Assembly (NCBI GenBank): GCA_047967505.1 | Contig: CM106538.1 | Origin: Dipteris shenzhenensis | Taxonomy: Eukaryota | Length of the DNA: 64,000 nucleotides | Direction: 5' to 3' (one strand) | Shown: in pieces, positions 37,820 through 50,869 of the stretch | How positions within the stretch are numbered: the first letter of the stretch is position 1 | Layout: each line of letters begins with the position of its first letter | Notes under the pieces: generated by a model | Database searches by the model: none | Told to the model about the DNA's origin: nothing | The model's input: the letters and a program-made list of their open reading frames with translations, nothing else | Made by a program: the position numbers and the translations under genes

Positions 37820-40800
37820 ATAAAATTTGAGACATTCAGTGGGGTGCAAGACAAACTTAAGGCCTTGACCTTTTTGCAGCAGTTCGATGCAGCCTACACA
37901 AGAGGGAATTTCACAGAGTCATCCAAAGCACGCCGGGCTGCAAGTTTTCTAAAGGGGAATGCACTTCAGTGGTGGACAACTATGCGTATGCAAAACACTG
38001 CACCAAACATGTGGGTAGGTTTCAAGCATGTGTTTTCAGCCACGTGGCTTACCACGACTTTTAAAGTGGCTATCATGATTGCTTGGCATGAGCTGAATTC
38101 CAATACTTGCCGTAATTTAGAGGAGTATAACAGCAAGTTTTGGGCGGCTTTGTTGCCCGTTAGCTCCTACCTGAAGGAATAGGAAGTGAGTGAGAGCAAG
38201 AGAGATTTAGAGAGCAGGAAGCTTGCAATAGAATAGAGTGTAAAGAGTACAACTCAAAGTGAGAAAAGATAAGGTTTTGTCCTAGTGACAAAACCTTAGT
38301 AGTCACTAACCATAGTTAGTGAACTAACTGCGGTTAGGGGGAAAAACCTCTTAAAGAGGGAAAAGTGCCCCTAACTAGCTTATTATATTACATTGGTCAC
38401 TGCTGAATTATATCTATAATTCTAACACCCCCCTGCAGTGCCAATGTCATGTACAAGGCTGATCAATCGCCAAACGGATATAAGTTCAGGGCACTGCGAA
38501 ATGCCTCAAACTTTTCACGTGGTAGTGCTTTGGTGAAAATATCTGCAACGTTGTCATGTGTGGACACAAAGATCATACTGATCTCTCCTGCATGCAACTT
38601 CTCTCTGACGTAGTGATAGTGAACCTCAATGTGCTTCGTGCGAGCATGAAACACTGGATTCTTTGCCACTGCAATGGCACTCTGACTATCAGTGAGAATT
38701 GGAGAAGGACCCTCCAAAGACAGATGAAGATCAGCAAATAAACGTCTCAGCCAGACACATTCAACTGTTGCTGTGAAAGCTGCCCTGTACTCAGCTTCAC
38801 ATGATGAGGTAGCCACTGTAGATTGTTTCTTGCTCAGCCATGAAATGCAAGACTTACCCAAAAAGAAACAATTGCCACTAGTGGACTGCCTAGTGTCATA
38901 ATCACCAGCCCAATCTGAATCACTGTAGGCATGCATCTGCAAGTCACCCCCCCTGGGAAATAGTAAGCCAAAAGATTTTGTGCCCTGCAAATAACGGAAG
39001 ATGCGCTTAACTGCCTGCCAATGCATAGTTTTTGGGCTGTGCATGTACCTGCTCACCTGAGATACTGCAAACTGAATATCAGGTCTAGTGTTGCAGAGAT
39101 ATATGAGGCATCCAACAGCTTGACTGTAAAGTGTGGCATCAACTGATTCTCCTGCATCATGCATTGTGAGTTTCAGCCCCGGCTCCATAGGAGTGGCTAT
39201 GGGCTTACACTCTTGCATGTTAAATCTGTCCAAGAGTTTCTGTACATACTTGGACTGAGACATAACAGTGCCACGTCTCTCATGAGAGAACTGGATCCCC
39301 AAATAAAAGTGAAGCAGCCCCAAATCTGACATGTCAAAGTTGGTCTGCAAATCAGCTTTGAAATCTGCAATTTTTTCTTCATTGGACCCTGTGAGCAGTA
39401 AGTCATCGACATAAAGAAGGATGACTAATATTTCCCCCCCATCCATCTTGATGTAGAGGGTGCTCTCAGTAGGACTATTGTGCAGCCCCTTGCTGGTCAA
39501 AAAGGCATGTATCTTAGCATACCATGCACGAGGGGCCTGTTTCAGCCCATATAAAGCTTTATTGAGTTTGCATACTTGAAGTGCATTTGCTGTAATTTCA
39601 AAGCCCGGAGGTGGTTTGACATACACCTCTTCCAGCAAGTCCCCATTTAAGAAGGCTGTTTTTATGTCCAACTGATGAACATTCCACTCAAAATGTGCAG
39701 CCATTGCAATTACTGATCGGATGGTGGTCATCCGGGATGTAGGAGCAAATGTCTCCTCATAATCTATGCCCTTTTTCTGAGCATAGCCCTTAGCAACCAG
39801 CCTGGCCTTATATCTGTCAATGGAGCCATCTGGCTTCCGTTTGACTTTAAATACCCATCGTGTGCCAATAGCATGTTTACCCTGTGGCAAGTCCACAACA
39901 TCCCAAGTCTGATTTTTTGCAATGGACTGCAACTCATCGTGCATGGCATTCATCCAATGCACATTACCTTTTGCTTCTTCAAATGTGGCAGGCTCCTCCT
40001 CATCAAGGAGAGTACCTGCATATGCTGATTCAACTGAATTAGCACCTTCCATGTGCCTTGCTGCACTGCGAGTCCTGCCAGGTAACGGAGCATCAAGTTT
40101 ACTCTCCCTGAGAGTCTGTAACAGCCAGTTTGGGACTGTTTTTGCTGCATGTATGTCTGCAATTTCTTGCTGCACCACTTGTTCCACTGCCTGTGGAGGA
40201 GGCAAGACATCTTGTGGCGGAACTGAAGCATTTGAAGGTTGCTGTAAATTCTGATTTGGATCAGAAAAATCAGCAGAGGAACCCAAAGCAATGGGTAGCA
40301 ACCCTTGAAAGACATCCTCTGAAGATGAAGGCATTTGAAATTCAGCCTGAGTGTGAGCTGAATTTTCAGAAAATATCACATCTCTACTTACAATGATTTT
40401 GCGTGTAGCAGGATTGTAGAGACGATACCCCTTGCTTTCTGCACTGTATCCAACAAATATGCATTTGATGGCTTTATCTGACAATTTGTGCCTAAATTCA
40501 ACTGGCACATGTGCATAGGCAAGGCATCCAAAGACTCGGAAGTGATCCACTGAAGGCTTCTTGTCATTCCAGACCTCAAAAGGAGTTTTTGTTTTTAAAG
40601 CCTTAGTGGGAGCCCTGTTCAAAATGTAATTGGCACACATCAAACCCTCTAGCCAGAATTTATGAGGCATGTGTTTGCTTTTCAGCATACATCTGTCCAT
40701 CTCCATGAGGGTTCTATTTTTCCTCTCAGCTTTGCCATTTTGCTAAGGGGTCAGCCTGACTGTGAGCTGATGCACAATACCCTTTTGCTTGAGAAAAGCA

Positions 40801-43800
40801 TCAAATTCTGCAGATAGGTATTCCCCACCTCTATCCGTGCGTAATGTCTGTATCCTGAGTCCGGTTTCATTTTCAACCATGGCTGAAAAGTGTTTAAATA
40901 CCGTGAACACTTCAGATTTCTTTTTCAGCCCATAAACCCAAGTAAAATTGGAGTAGTCATCAATAAATGTGACAAAGTAGAGATGACCACCCAATGACGG
41001 AGTCCTCATGGGACCACAGACATCACTGTGTATAAGCTGCAATTTGCGAACAGCTTTAACTGAACCATCCTTCTTGAAGGGGAATCTATGCATCTTACCT
41101 AAAATGCACCCTTCACAGGCATGTGGAGGAGGTATCTCAAGAGGTGGCAATGCATCAACCATTGAAAATTTCTGAAGTGTCATTAAGCTGTTGTAATGCA
41201 TGTGGCCATATCTCGCATGCCATAATTCTGCATTTTGCATGACAGCTGTAGGAGTAGAAACTGCCAGAGCATGGGCTGCTCTTTTCTCAAAAATATCAAG
41301 CTGAAAAAGCCCACGCAGCAGAGTACCAGATAACATTAAGGCATAGTTAGCTTCCCTGTCTCGGACAGCACATTTGTCATCCTCAAAGATGACCTGAAAT
41401 CCCCCTCTGTTAAGAGTGGACACTGAAAGGAGATTTTTGGTTATGCCAAGCACATATAAGACATCAGAAAGTCTGAAAATTGAGCCATCAATTGCAGTGA
41501 GCTCAACTTCTCCTGTGCCACGTACTGAATATGAGGAGTTGTTGGCACAAGTGACTTTCTTACCAACAGGAGGTGGATGCAAGGAAGTAAAAAGACACTT
41601 CCTAGAAGTGATGTGCTTGGATGCACCGCTATCAAAATACCATGTGTTCAGTGTTTCATTAACACTGAAAGCAGATGCATCTGTAGAAGAGTCAAAGCTG
41701 CAAGTCAAAAAAGCATATGTATCATCACTGCAAGAGGCTGTACTATCCCAAGCATCTGGAACAGCCAACCTAGAATCTGAAATGCAAGATAAAAAGGCAT
41801 AATCTTGACCAACAAAGTTGGCTGTAGCATCCCCACTATCAGATGCACAAGGGGCTGAATCTGAAACAGCCATTCCTGAGCTGTTTTTCTTTTCTTTTGC
41901 AATCCTTTTCCTGCATTCTGCTATGTGATGACCTGGCTTTTTGCAGTAGTGACAAAAACCCTTCTTTTTGGGCTTACTTGCATCACTTTTAGCCTTTTGT
42001 GAAGGCTGTCCTGACCCACTGGAAGGCTGATTTGCTGCTGTCTTTGCCTGTCCCTTTGTTTTTGATTTAAATTTTGAGAGCATGGCTTGTTCACCTGCAC
42101 GTGAAGCCAAATTTTTCCTGGTCTGCTCTTCCTGAAGCAGAAGTCCTATCAACTCATGAAAAGTGAGAGGATTTGCACCCCCCCTCAATGATAAATTCAG
42201 CGAAGTGTGAAAGTTGAGATAAGACTCAGGAAGAGAATTCAGAGTGGTTGTAATCATCTCTGAATCAGGAACAATTTCATCTATGTTTAACAATTGCTCT
42301 CTGAGATCCTGTAGCTTTGTGAGGTGGACTGACATGGAGTCACCCTCCTCCATATGTGTATTGCTCAACTCTCTTTTTAAGAGAGATACCCTGGCATCAT
42401 TCCGTGCTGCATACATGCTTTCCAAAATATCCCACGCTGCCCTGGAGGTCTTACACGACCGGATATGCGGAATGATTGATCTTTTCACTGAAAGAGAGAT
42501 GCATGACAAGGCTAAGGCATCCCGTGAATCCCATCTTTTCTGCTCTGGAGTATTGACTGTAGCTGCACCAACAATTGTCCTGCAGCTGCACCCTGTGCAC
42601 GACCTCTTCCACCTCCTTGCTGAGGAGGGGTAGCAGGTGCAATATCTGCTGGTCGGATTTCATCCCCATTGACATAATCCCATAAATTGCGAGAAATCAG
42701 AATATTACGTACCATGAAACTCCAGAGGGAGTAGTTGGTACCATCCAACTTGTCTTCCTGTGAAAGACCACCGAACTGGAACTCATTCTGATTTTGATGG
42801 GCCATATCTGAGAAAGAGATTGAAGCAGATACAAAGCTGAATTCCCTTACTGGGAATAAAATGCACAACTCCCAAAAACACAGCCAAGCACGGGCTGTAT
42901 ATGCAACTTAGATTTCTGTACTTGAGCTGTCAGCAATCTGTCCAAGCATCAAACACTCTCCAAAATCTGCCAAAAGTGTTCCAAACACTCCAAGAAAGGC
43001 AGTATGTACTGAATACTCCAAAAAATGCTCTCTCAACACAAAAGCCCCAATTTGTGGCTAGAAATTGCAGCCAGAAAGGGGCAAAATTACTAAAAACCCC
43101 AAATCTGCAATTTTTAAACAAAAGCCCCAAATTTCAGACTAGATCTGCAATTTTGCTCCAGATGTAGCTCCAAAATTGCACAATGATTGCAATGTCTGCA
43201 ATATGCAAAATGCCCCAAATGTACTCCCAAACAACTGAACCAAACTATGGTTTTCTGCAAGATGTGCCTACCAAAGAACACCTGTGGCTGAAGGCAACCT
43301 GTGTAAATCTGCAAGTACAGATCTGAAAATGCAGAAATGCACACAAATCTGTGAAGAGTGCAGGTGGTACGGTACAGTACTAACTGTACGGTGGTACGGT
43401 ACAGTACGGACTGTACGGTACAGTTTGTACGATCAGTACGACAAGATTGTCCAAGTGCTCCTGCTCAAGTACGGCGATGTACGGATGGCGATGTACGGAA
43501 TCTTGCGCAGGTACGATGACCTGCACTGTGCTGTACGGGCGATCTGTACGGAGCAACGACGATCTATACGGGAGCAGTACGGATGTTTTACGGGAGCTGT
43601 ACGGAGGTATTACGGGAGCTATACGACACTATGCGTCAGGATTCCGTACAGTCGTACGGACTGTACGGACAGGTTGGAGTAGACTAAAGCTTGAGGCTAA
43701 GCGCTGGAACTGAAGGGAGCAATGAGCTCAAAGCTCTTGAACCTACTCTGATACCAAATGAAGGAATAGGAAGTGAGTGAGAGCAAGAGAGATTTAGAGA

Positions 43801-44410
43801 GTAGGAAGCTTGGAAGCTGAAGACGTAGTTGCAATAGAATAGAGTGTAAAGAGTACAACTCAAAGTGAGAAAAGATAAGGTTTTGTCCTAGTGACAAAAC
43901 CTTAGTAGTCACTAACCATAGTTAGTGAACTAACTGCGGTTAGGGGGAAAAACCTCTTAAAGAGGGAAAAGTGCCTCTAACTAGCTTATTATATTACATT
44001 GGTCACTACTGAATTATATCTATAATTCTAACACTACCGGCTTGTTCCTTTCACTGAGCAGGTTGAGAAATATTGTTACGGGCTGCCTAAGGAGTTGAGA
44101 GACTACTGCACGAAGACTGAAGTCTCCAATATGTCTTAGCTTATCGAGAATGCTAGCACGGCATATGCTTTGATGCAGGGGAGGACTTCTGGGTTCAAAG
44201 GTGGACAGAAGCAGGAATCTAAGAATGGATCTCGCGGATAAGTCTAATAGAAAAGCTAATCGTCAAAAGGCTGAATGTAATCGTTTGTCTCCAGAGGAAC
44301 GACACGCTTTATATGAAGCTGGCAAATGTTTTATTTGCAAAGAGGAGGGACATCGGTCCCGACCGTAAGAGGAAGGAGTCGGCTGGTGACTCAGATGAGC
44401 CACGGAATGT
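37820..44410 (+). pseudogene. Gypsy-type gag of element F, split by copia E
   Basis: AASFLKGNALQWW...LEEYNSKF...LPVSSY|RLVPFTEQVEKYCYGLP...GKCFICKEEGH reads through the insertion point; contains stops. Confidence 0.82.
38172..44033 (-). mobile_element. Near-intact Ty1/copia LTR retrotransposon (element E)
   Basis: LTRs 43759-44033 (5') and 38172-38427 (3'), 3 substitutions plus a 19-bp indel; TSD CTACC; PBS at 43756-43745; PPT at 38428-38434. gag-PR-IN-RT-RH across 42805-38463 with breaks near 42510-42600 and 40745. Confidence 0.97.
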
Positions 44411-44587
44411 TCCAAAGGGCAAGAGTTCCTAATTCCATAGCGGGTTGTTTACGGCTCATTTTGCATAGCGTTGTATACAAGTACTTGTAAAAAGAATTTT
44501 GTATGGCAGAGTCTGCCACTCTTTTTGGCATCCGATTCTGGATGATGTATACGGTTTGCAAGATGGTGTTTTCCCTGCTACTTTTGG

Positions 44588-44770
44588 ATGCTCTTTTGTC
44601 ATGAGGTTTCGACAAAATGAGATTGCTATTTTTGTCATGAGGTTTCGATAAAAATAAGAATGCTATTTTTGCCATGAGGTTTTGGTAAAATATGCATGTT
44701 ATTCTTGTCATGAGGATTCGACAAGATGGGAATGCTCTTTTTTGTCATGTGGTTTCGACAAAAAGAGAAT
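44588..44770 (+). repeat. Five tandem 36-37-bp hairpin units downstream of gag in element F
   Basis: TTTTGTC-ATGAGGTTTC-GACAAAA with loop starts at 44601, 44637, 44674, 44710, 44747. Confidence 0.9.
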
Positions 44771-45707
44771 GGATTCCCCTAGACCTTGGTTCCGGATGCG
44801 CAATTCCTGGAAGTGGTCTATGTCGTGCATCATTGGCCGCGATGTACGTCACACGTGGTGTACTAGTCACAGTGGGTGTACTAGTCGCTTGGTTTGCAAT
44901 GCTATACGTATTTGTTATCTGTAGCTCTACAAATCGTATATGCATTGTTGGTGATCTGTTGGCGGCATGGTTGGCTGTCCACTCAAATTTGGATTTGATA
45001 TCTCAGCTACTTCAAATGTTCATGATGTACAACTAGTGTGGGTCTGAAGAGATCGCCACAGGTGGGTAAAGCATGCATGAACTATTCCTGGGAAGTACAG
45101 TCTGAGTATCTATGTGCATGCATTAAGTGTTTACATATGCTCATGATGTACCATTGGCAGTGGGTCCTTAGGGATGGCCATACGTGAGGTGGATCGGACA
45201 TCGTCGGGAGCATATTGTTTGTGTATGCATGTATGCATGTATGTGGAATGTTTGCTTGTCTTTTGCCTGACAAACATTGTAGTGTTTCCACTTGGTTTTC
45301 TTTTGCAGGCAATCAAGGACATTTGCCTTCTTTCAAGAGGGGGGTATGTCACGAGGACGTGAAATTTTGAGACTTTTAATTTGCGACTCCTGTAATTTGT
45401 GCATGACTGCCTTGAGCCTCTGGGACGCGAGGGTCTAGCCATGGGGCGGGACTTGGGGAATTAAAATTCCTAGTGGGCCCTTGGAAATAGTGAATGTGCG
45501 CCCAATTACTAGGCAATTAATTCCTAGGGCCAAAGTGTGCAACAAGGGGCCCAAAAGAGTGGTGCAATTAAAAAACTGCTTTTAAAGACCAAAAGAGTGG
45601 TGCAATTAAAAAACACTGCTTTTTGGAGCCTAGGGCTTTAAAAGGGGGAGGGAGCCCTTCTTTTGGATGCAGTTGGCCAGATCAGTTCCAAAGGAGCCAG
45701 AGCTTCA

Positions 45708-46046
45708 GTTTCAGGTGTTCCAGAGCCTGCCAGGGAAATTCGTGTTTACCCAGGGGCTAGTTTCAAGTGATCCAGGGCCTGCCTGGGAAATCCATTTTTA
45801 CCCAAGGGCCAGTTTTAGGTGTTCCAGAGCCTGCCATGGAAATTCAATTTTACCCAGGGTCCAATTTCAGGTGTTCTAGAGCCTGCCACAGAAATTCGTT
45901 TTTACCCAGGGGCCAGTTTCAGGTGATCCAGGGCCTACCAAGGAAATTCGTTTTTACCCAGGGGCCAGTTTCAAGTGTTCCAAAGCCTGCCAGGGAAATT
46001 CGTTTTTACCCAGGAGCCAGTTCCAGGTGATCCAGGGCGTGCCAGA
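45708..46046 (+). repeat. 52-bp tandem repeat (about 6.5 copies) in the 3' LTR of F
   Basis: Same unit at 45735, 45787, 45839, 45891, 45943, 45995. Confidence 0.95.
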
Positions 46047-46206
46047 GCAAATCGCAATTGATCCAGGAGTCTGTTGCAGGTGGCGATTTCTGCCAGTGTG
46101 TCTATTCTAGTTTGCAATTTGCTTTTGGGCTCTTCTAGGCTGTTCCAGGTGCCTGCGATTGGTTCTAGGGCTGTTCCAGGAAATCTGGACTTGACCAGGC
46201 TACTCC

Positions 46207-46494
46207 GGGCACCGAGCGACAACTCAATAGACACAGATACGAGAGCTTCTCACATCTCATCAGAGAGCCACCAGGTCACCTAGATATACAGAACCTGAGC
46301 ATGTACTAGGAGCGCTAGGTCTGAGCACCTGATACTCTGCTACTCTGGTATTTTGTTCACTAGTTTAGCAATTTAGCTTTTAGCGAGGGTCATAGTGAAC
46401 CCTTTGCTTGAGCCCTCGGTGGCATGTATGAGTTACCTTTTGGTTTTGCACTTTGTCTCATAGGCCCGCAAGGCCTTTTGCAGATGTTAATACA

Positions 46495-46535
<41 letters not shown>

Positions 46536-46988
46536 TTGAGATTTTGTTGAGATCATTAGCTTAGCTTAGTACTCAAGAAGGGCCTTAACGAGCCCTTTGC
46601 TTCGACCCATGGCGGCTTGTATGAGTTATTCTGCTGATTGTAGTTTCTCTCATAGGCACGTGAGGTCTCCCAAAGACGTTAATACAACACACACACACAC
46701 ACTCTCTCTCTCTCTCTCTCTCTAACTCTAACACACATATACCTCTGTGGGGCCGCTTGCATGGACCAGTGTCAGCCAGCCCTGATGGTGACTGACCCGA
46801 GTATGAGGATGATGAGGATGTTGATGACGATGATGATGATGTCACTACTAATGATATGACTATGTACTACTTAGCATTCATCATGGGTGATGATGTTTGT
46901 TTTGTAGCTCCACCCTTTCTGCTTGATTTGTATTAGCTTTCTATCAGTCTCATAGACCCATCGGTCTTCCAAAGACTTTAATAAACTT

Positions 46989-47043
<55 letters not shown>

Positions 47044-47460
47044 GCCAGCAGATTTTCGGAGGAGATTGCTCCATGGAGACTTGGCACCGCCAGCAGCCCA
47101 TTTGACACTTGCCCAGATCTTCACACTCATGGCAGGAGGCATGGTCGATGGCCATGACTTCCATCATTTCTTTGGATCACAGACCCCTTAGGGAAGACGA
47201 TGTTCCTCATATTCCATATTTTACATTTTGTATCTAGGCAATTTTGGTACTCTATTTCATTTCATTTTGTATCTAGGATTTTTGTAGCCATTTTTGGCAT
47301 CTTAGCGGTATTACGATGAGGCCACCTAGTTGGCGCATCGTTGATGATGTATTTTCCTTTCGGATGATTTTGTGTCCCATAGGCCATGTATGGCCTTGGC
47401 CTTCCGTGGACCTTTAATAAAATTTCTTTCTTTCTTTCTTTCACACACACACACACACAC
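46207..47460 (+). mobile_element. Stack of four 5'-truncated RTE-X-like LINE 3' ends, each ending in a stem-loop plus microsatellite
   Basis: Units at about 46207-46530, 46531-46722, 46723-47040 and 47041-47460; hairpins at 46455, about 46647, 46947 and 47374. Confidence 0.85.
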
Positions 47461-49960
47461 AAAAACCCCAACGCCTCCCCCTACCTATGGGGGCGGGGAC
47501 TGTGAGACTCAGAATACCAAGACCTTGTCCTATACCATTTGGAACGGTAATGGTACCTTATGGTCAAAACCAGGTCAAGACATAGTCTTTTATACAGAGA
47601 CACACCAGAGCCCAGAGCGTCCACTACCAGCTGTCAGTGGCCTTATAGAGATGAGGCGAGGATACGGGTGGAGTACGAAGTTCAAGAGTGGCAGCACGAG
47701 TGTAAAACTGCCTATTGTCGTGCCGACACTCTACAAGTTCTCTTTTCGGGGCAAACTGGGTAGAGAGAAGAGACATTCATTCCAAATTCCTATGGATCCG
47801 GATGCGGCGTACGGACAGCAAGGACTTGTTCATTGCCATGTGCTACTTTCCGCCTAAGACCTCCCACTTTGCTCGGGATATCTAGGAGGAGACTTGGAGG
47901 TCACCTTATGCAGCACTCTATCCACTCATTGTGGAGGACTTCTCGAGTCGCGGAGAAGTCCTTATTGGGGACTTTAATGCATGAATATGGGTGCGTCTGG
48001 TGCCACTTCTTGATTTCAGAGAAGATTCAATCTTGCTGCAAGACTTCGACTTAAATGATGTAGGTATGTCACGAACTCAGCTGATAGGTGGGCCCCGGGG
48101 GCGGGCGCTACTGGATTTGGGTAGGATGCATGATCTCATTATTTACAATGGTCTCAACCGATGGCCCTCCTCAAGTCATTTCACCTGTTTTCCACAGGGG
48201 GGTTTTCCAACGTAGTCGATTACATCATGGGATCCCCCCCCTTTCCTTCTCATATCACTGACTTCACTATTGCACCACCTCCTCCAAGAGCAGACCACAC
48301 TTACCTCTTCTTTCGCATCTCTACTCCTCTACCACATACACCGCCGATCGTTCATACCACTTACACTTTGACCGCATTCTTTCACCTGGTTAATCTGCTC
48401 GACTTTATACATTGCTCACATATATAGATTTCATAGCTCTTCTAGAGGATCGTGTAGCTTTGATCACTCGCTCACTTCACGAGGCTGCACTTCACGCCTT
48501 TCCCTACACTACCCGCTCCTCGTGTCCACCACCTCTTGGGACTGTCCTAGGTGGTACGACAATGAGTGTAAGACTCTATGCCGCCAACTCAAATTCGAAA
48601 CCAAACATAGCCTTCCAAATGAACCAGAGATGATACGTGAGTATCGTCGATTGGTCCGCCGGAAGAAGTAGGCTTTTATACACCGGAACAAGGAGGAGCT
48701 TCTAAATGTCCTGTCTAGTAACAACTCCAAAGGCTTCTCACGGAAATTCCTTGAACGACGGTCCCCCTCCCCTCTCACAAGTACTCAAGTTTGGCATGCC
48801 TATGCACCCACATTATATGGCATCCCTCATCAGCCCACTCCTGACCTGTCGTACTTACCCCGCCCCACCTTTTGCACTCTTTTCACTAAGGTGGTGTTAA
48901 GGACGCTGTAATGAAGCTTCACAATGGCCAAGCGAAAGATCATGAGGGTTTATGTACTGAATTTATTAAATATGGGATTTATATCCCAGCCCTGATCTTA
49001 GCGAAGCTCTTTAATGAAGCTATTTGCCTTGGCTTTCCATGTACCTGGACTCTTAACACCATTTCACCTATTCATCCCATGAACTAAAAGACCATCATGA
49101 TAGGATATCACATGTCCCTATGCATCAGTACTTGACACTGAGGTTAGCCATTTCGCAGATATGCAAGGGCTTTGAGCAAAGGGGCAAGCTCAGTTCCGAC
49201 ATGATCACAGGACCATGGACCATATACTCACACTCAGGTGCCCATTGAGGAGCCCACAGCATGGAAGCACAGGGTTTATTGTTGCTTTGTGAATTTCTGC
49301 AAAGCCTTTGATACCGCCACATTAGACGACTGCAAGAGTTGGGATATGACAAGGAGACCATTTGGGCGGTCATGGCACTTTATGAGAGTCTCAGGCAAAG
49401 TCCGGAAGGGGGCTGGATAGACATATGAGATCATGAGTACCATTGGGGTGAAACAAGTGTGTCCTATTTCACCCACCCTATTTGGCCTCTACATAGATGA
49501 GCTCGAGACTTTTATGCAGACTTTGGGAGGGCCTGATTGTTCCCTTACTGGTTCTTTGATTCTCTCTCTCTCTCAGAGTACGATCGTAGAGTTCGTCCAG
49601 GAAGAGCATGTTGCTATCCCAGCCACAGTTAGCAGGAGAGGAAGAGACCCTGGGACCGAGACGCAGCACACCCAACAGAGGACAGATGCATAGATCACAC
49701 TCACTGACATCTCCTCTATTTTCAGAACTGGGGTGCAGCCGACCGGGGTTACAGTAGCGCTCGTCAGGCATCGAGTAGCGGCCAGGAGGGCACAACGGAT
49801 TACTCATCCAGATAGCAGACATCGATCAATTACGGGCTTCTTGCCTATACTACCACTGGCTGACTTGATGATACAGATTCTACTATACCCGGATGATTTA
49901 GTCCTCCTGTCATCTTCGCCAAAGGGACTACAGAGACATCTAGATGATTTTGGCCGTAGT
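47461..49960 (+). mobile_element. Heavily degenerate RTE-X-like LINE (EN and RT)
   Basis: IWNGNG...TETHQSPERPLP, GDFNA, VVDYIMG, CCFVNFCKAFD, VKQVCPISPTLFGLYIDE, ILLYPDDLV; colinear with the LINE at 22.6-26.8 kb; extra insertion at the (CT)n near 49561. Confidence 0.85.
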
Positions 49961-50088
49961 TTGTTGCTCCTACTTGCTCCAACCACTCAGCCCCTCCTCT
50001 CACCCACTCAGCCCCCTTGCAAGCCCCCATTTTATTTGAATATTTTGGTATGTTTCCATGTGATTTGATGACGTGTCTTATGACATGG

Positions 50089-50189
50089 CGTTCCCGTTCC
50101 CGTTCCCGTTCCCCCATTCCCTCTTCCCAATACGTTCCCGTTCCGACCCCCCACATTCCCGAAACGTTCCCGTTCCCTGGTAACTATGA
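50089..50189 (+). repeat. CGTTCC-rich subterminal repeat, possible DNA-transposon (hAT/MITE-like) end
   Basis: (CGTTCC)n runs ending ...CCCTGGTAACTATG; no partner end found. Confidence 0.4.
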
Positions 50190-50835
50190 TATCAAAGAGC
50201 AGCAAGATGGGACCACCGCACCACAGGGTACTGAGGTAGACCGAGCGCAAAGACATGTCTCAGATTTCTATGCATTTGACTCAGCTCCAGGGCACTCTGG
50301 GGTAGAGGAGGAAGAGCTAGCCGACTTGAGAGATATATGGATCGATGGAGGGATCCGACAAAGCACTGTTGGACGAGGGACATAGAGACCGTACACAACA
50401 CCACAGTCGACCAGAGCACACACGATCGAGGTTTGATCTATTGCAGCTCTCCTTAGGGGAGATCGACCGAGGCGAGGCGTCACCCTTGACATAGCCCATC
50501 GGATCTAGAGATCTAGGAGACCACGCCCTCCACCACCACGGGAGAGAGCCCGACAAAAGCAGATACGTGAGCTCTTTGCATCTCATCAGAGAGCCACCAT
50601 GGAGCCTAGCTACGTGGAGCCAGTTCATGCACTTGGGACTCTAGCTCTGAGCACTTGATATTTCATGCCACCCTCATGCTATTTTGCTACTTTTTTGCTA
50701 TTTTGTACTAGTATAGCATTTTAGGACTCAGCAAGGGCCTTAGTGAGCACTCTGCCCCAGCCCACAGTGGTCTGTATGAGTGAGTTGATTCCGTACCTTG
50801 TCCCATAGGCTTGCGAGGCCTCCTGCGGACGTTAA

Positions 50836-50869
<34 letters not shown>

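Larger units (their letters stand above)
27396..46206 (+). mobile_element. Ty3/gypsy-type LTR element F (gag only seen), hosting nested L1, RTE-X and copia insertions
   Basis: Homologous LTRs start TGTCACGAGG at 27396 and 45347; PPT AGAGGGGGG just before 45347; gypsy gag at about 37.8-44.4 kb; both LTR 3' ends are interrupted by LINEs, so no TSD can be checked. Confidence 0.82.

Noticed and set aside
44588-44770. CRISPR-like array of palindromic repeats
   Set aside because: The apparent spacers are only about 12 bp and similar to each other; eukaryotic TE context; no cas genes.
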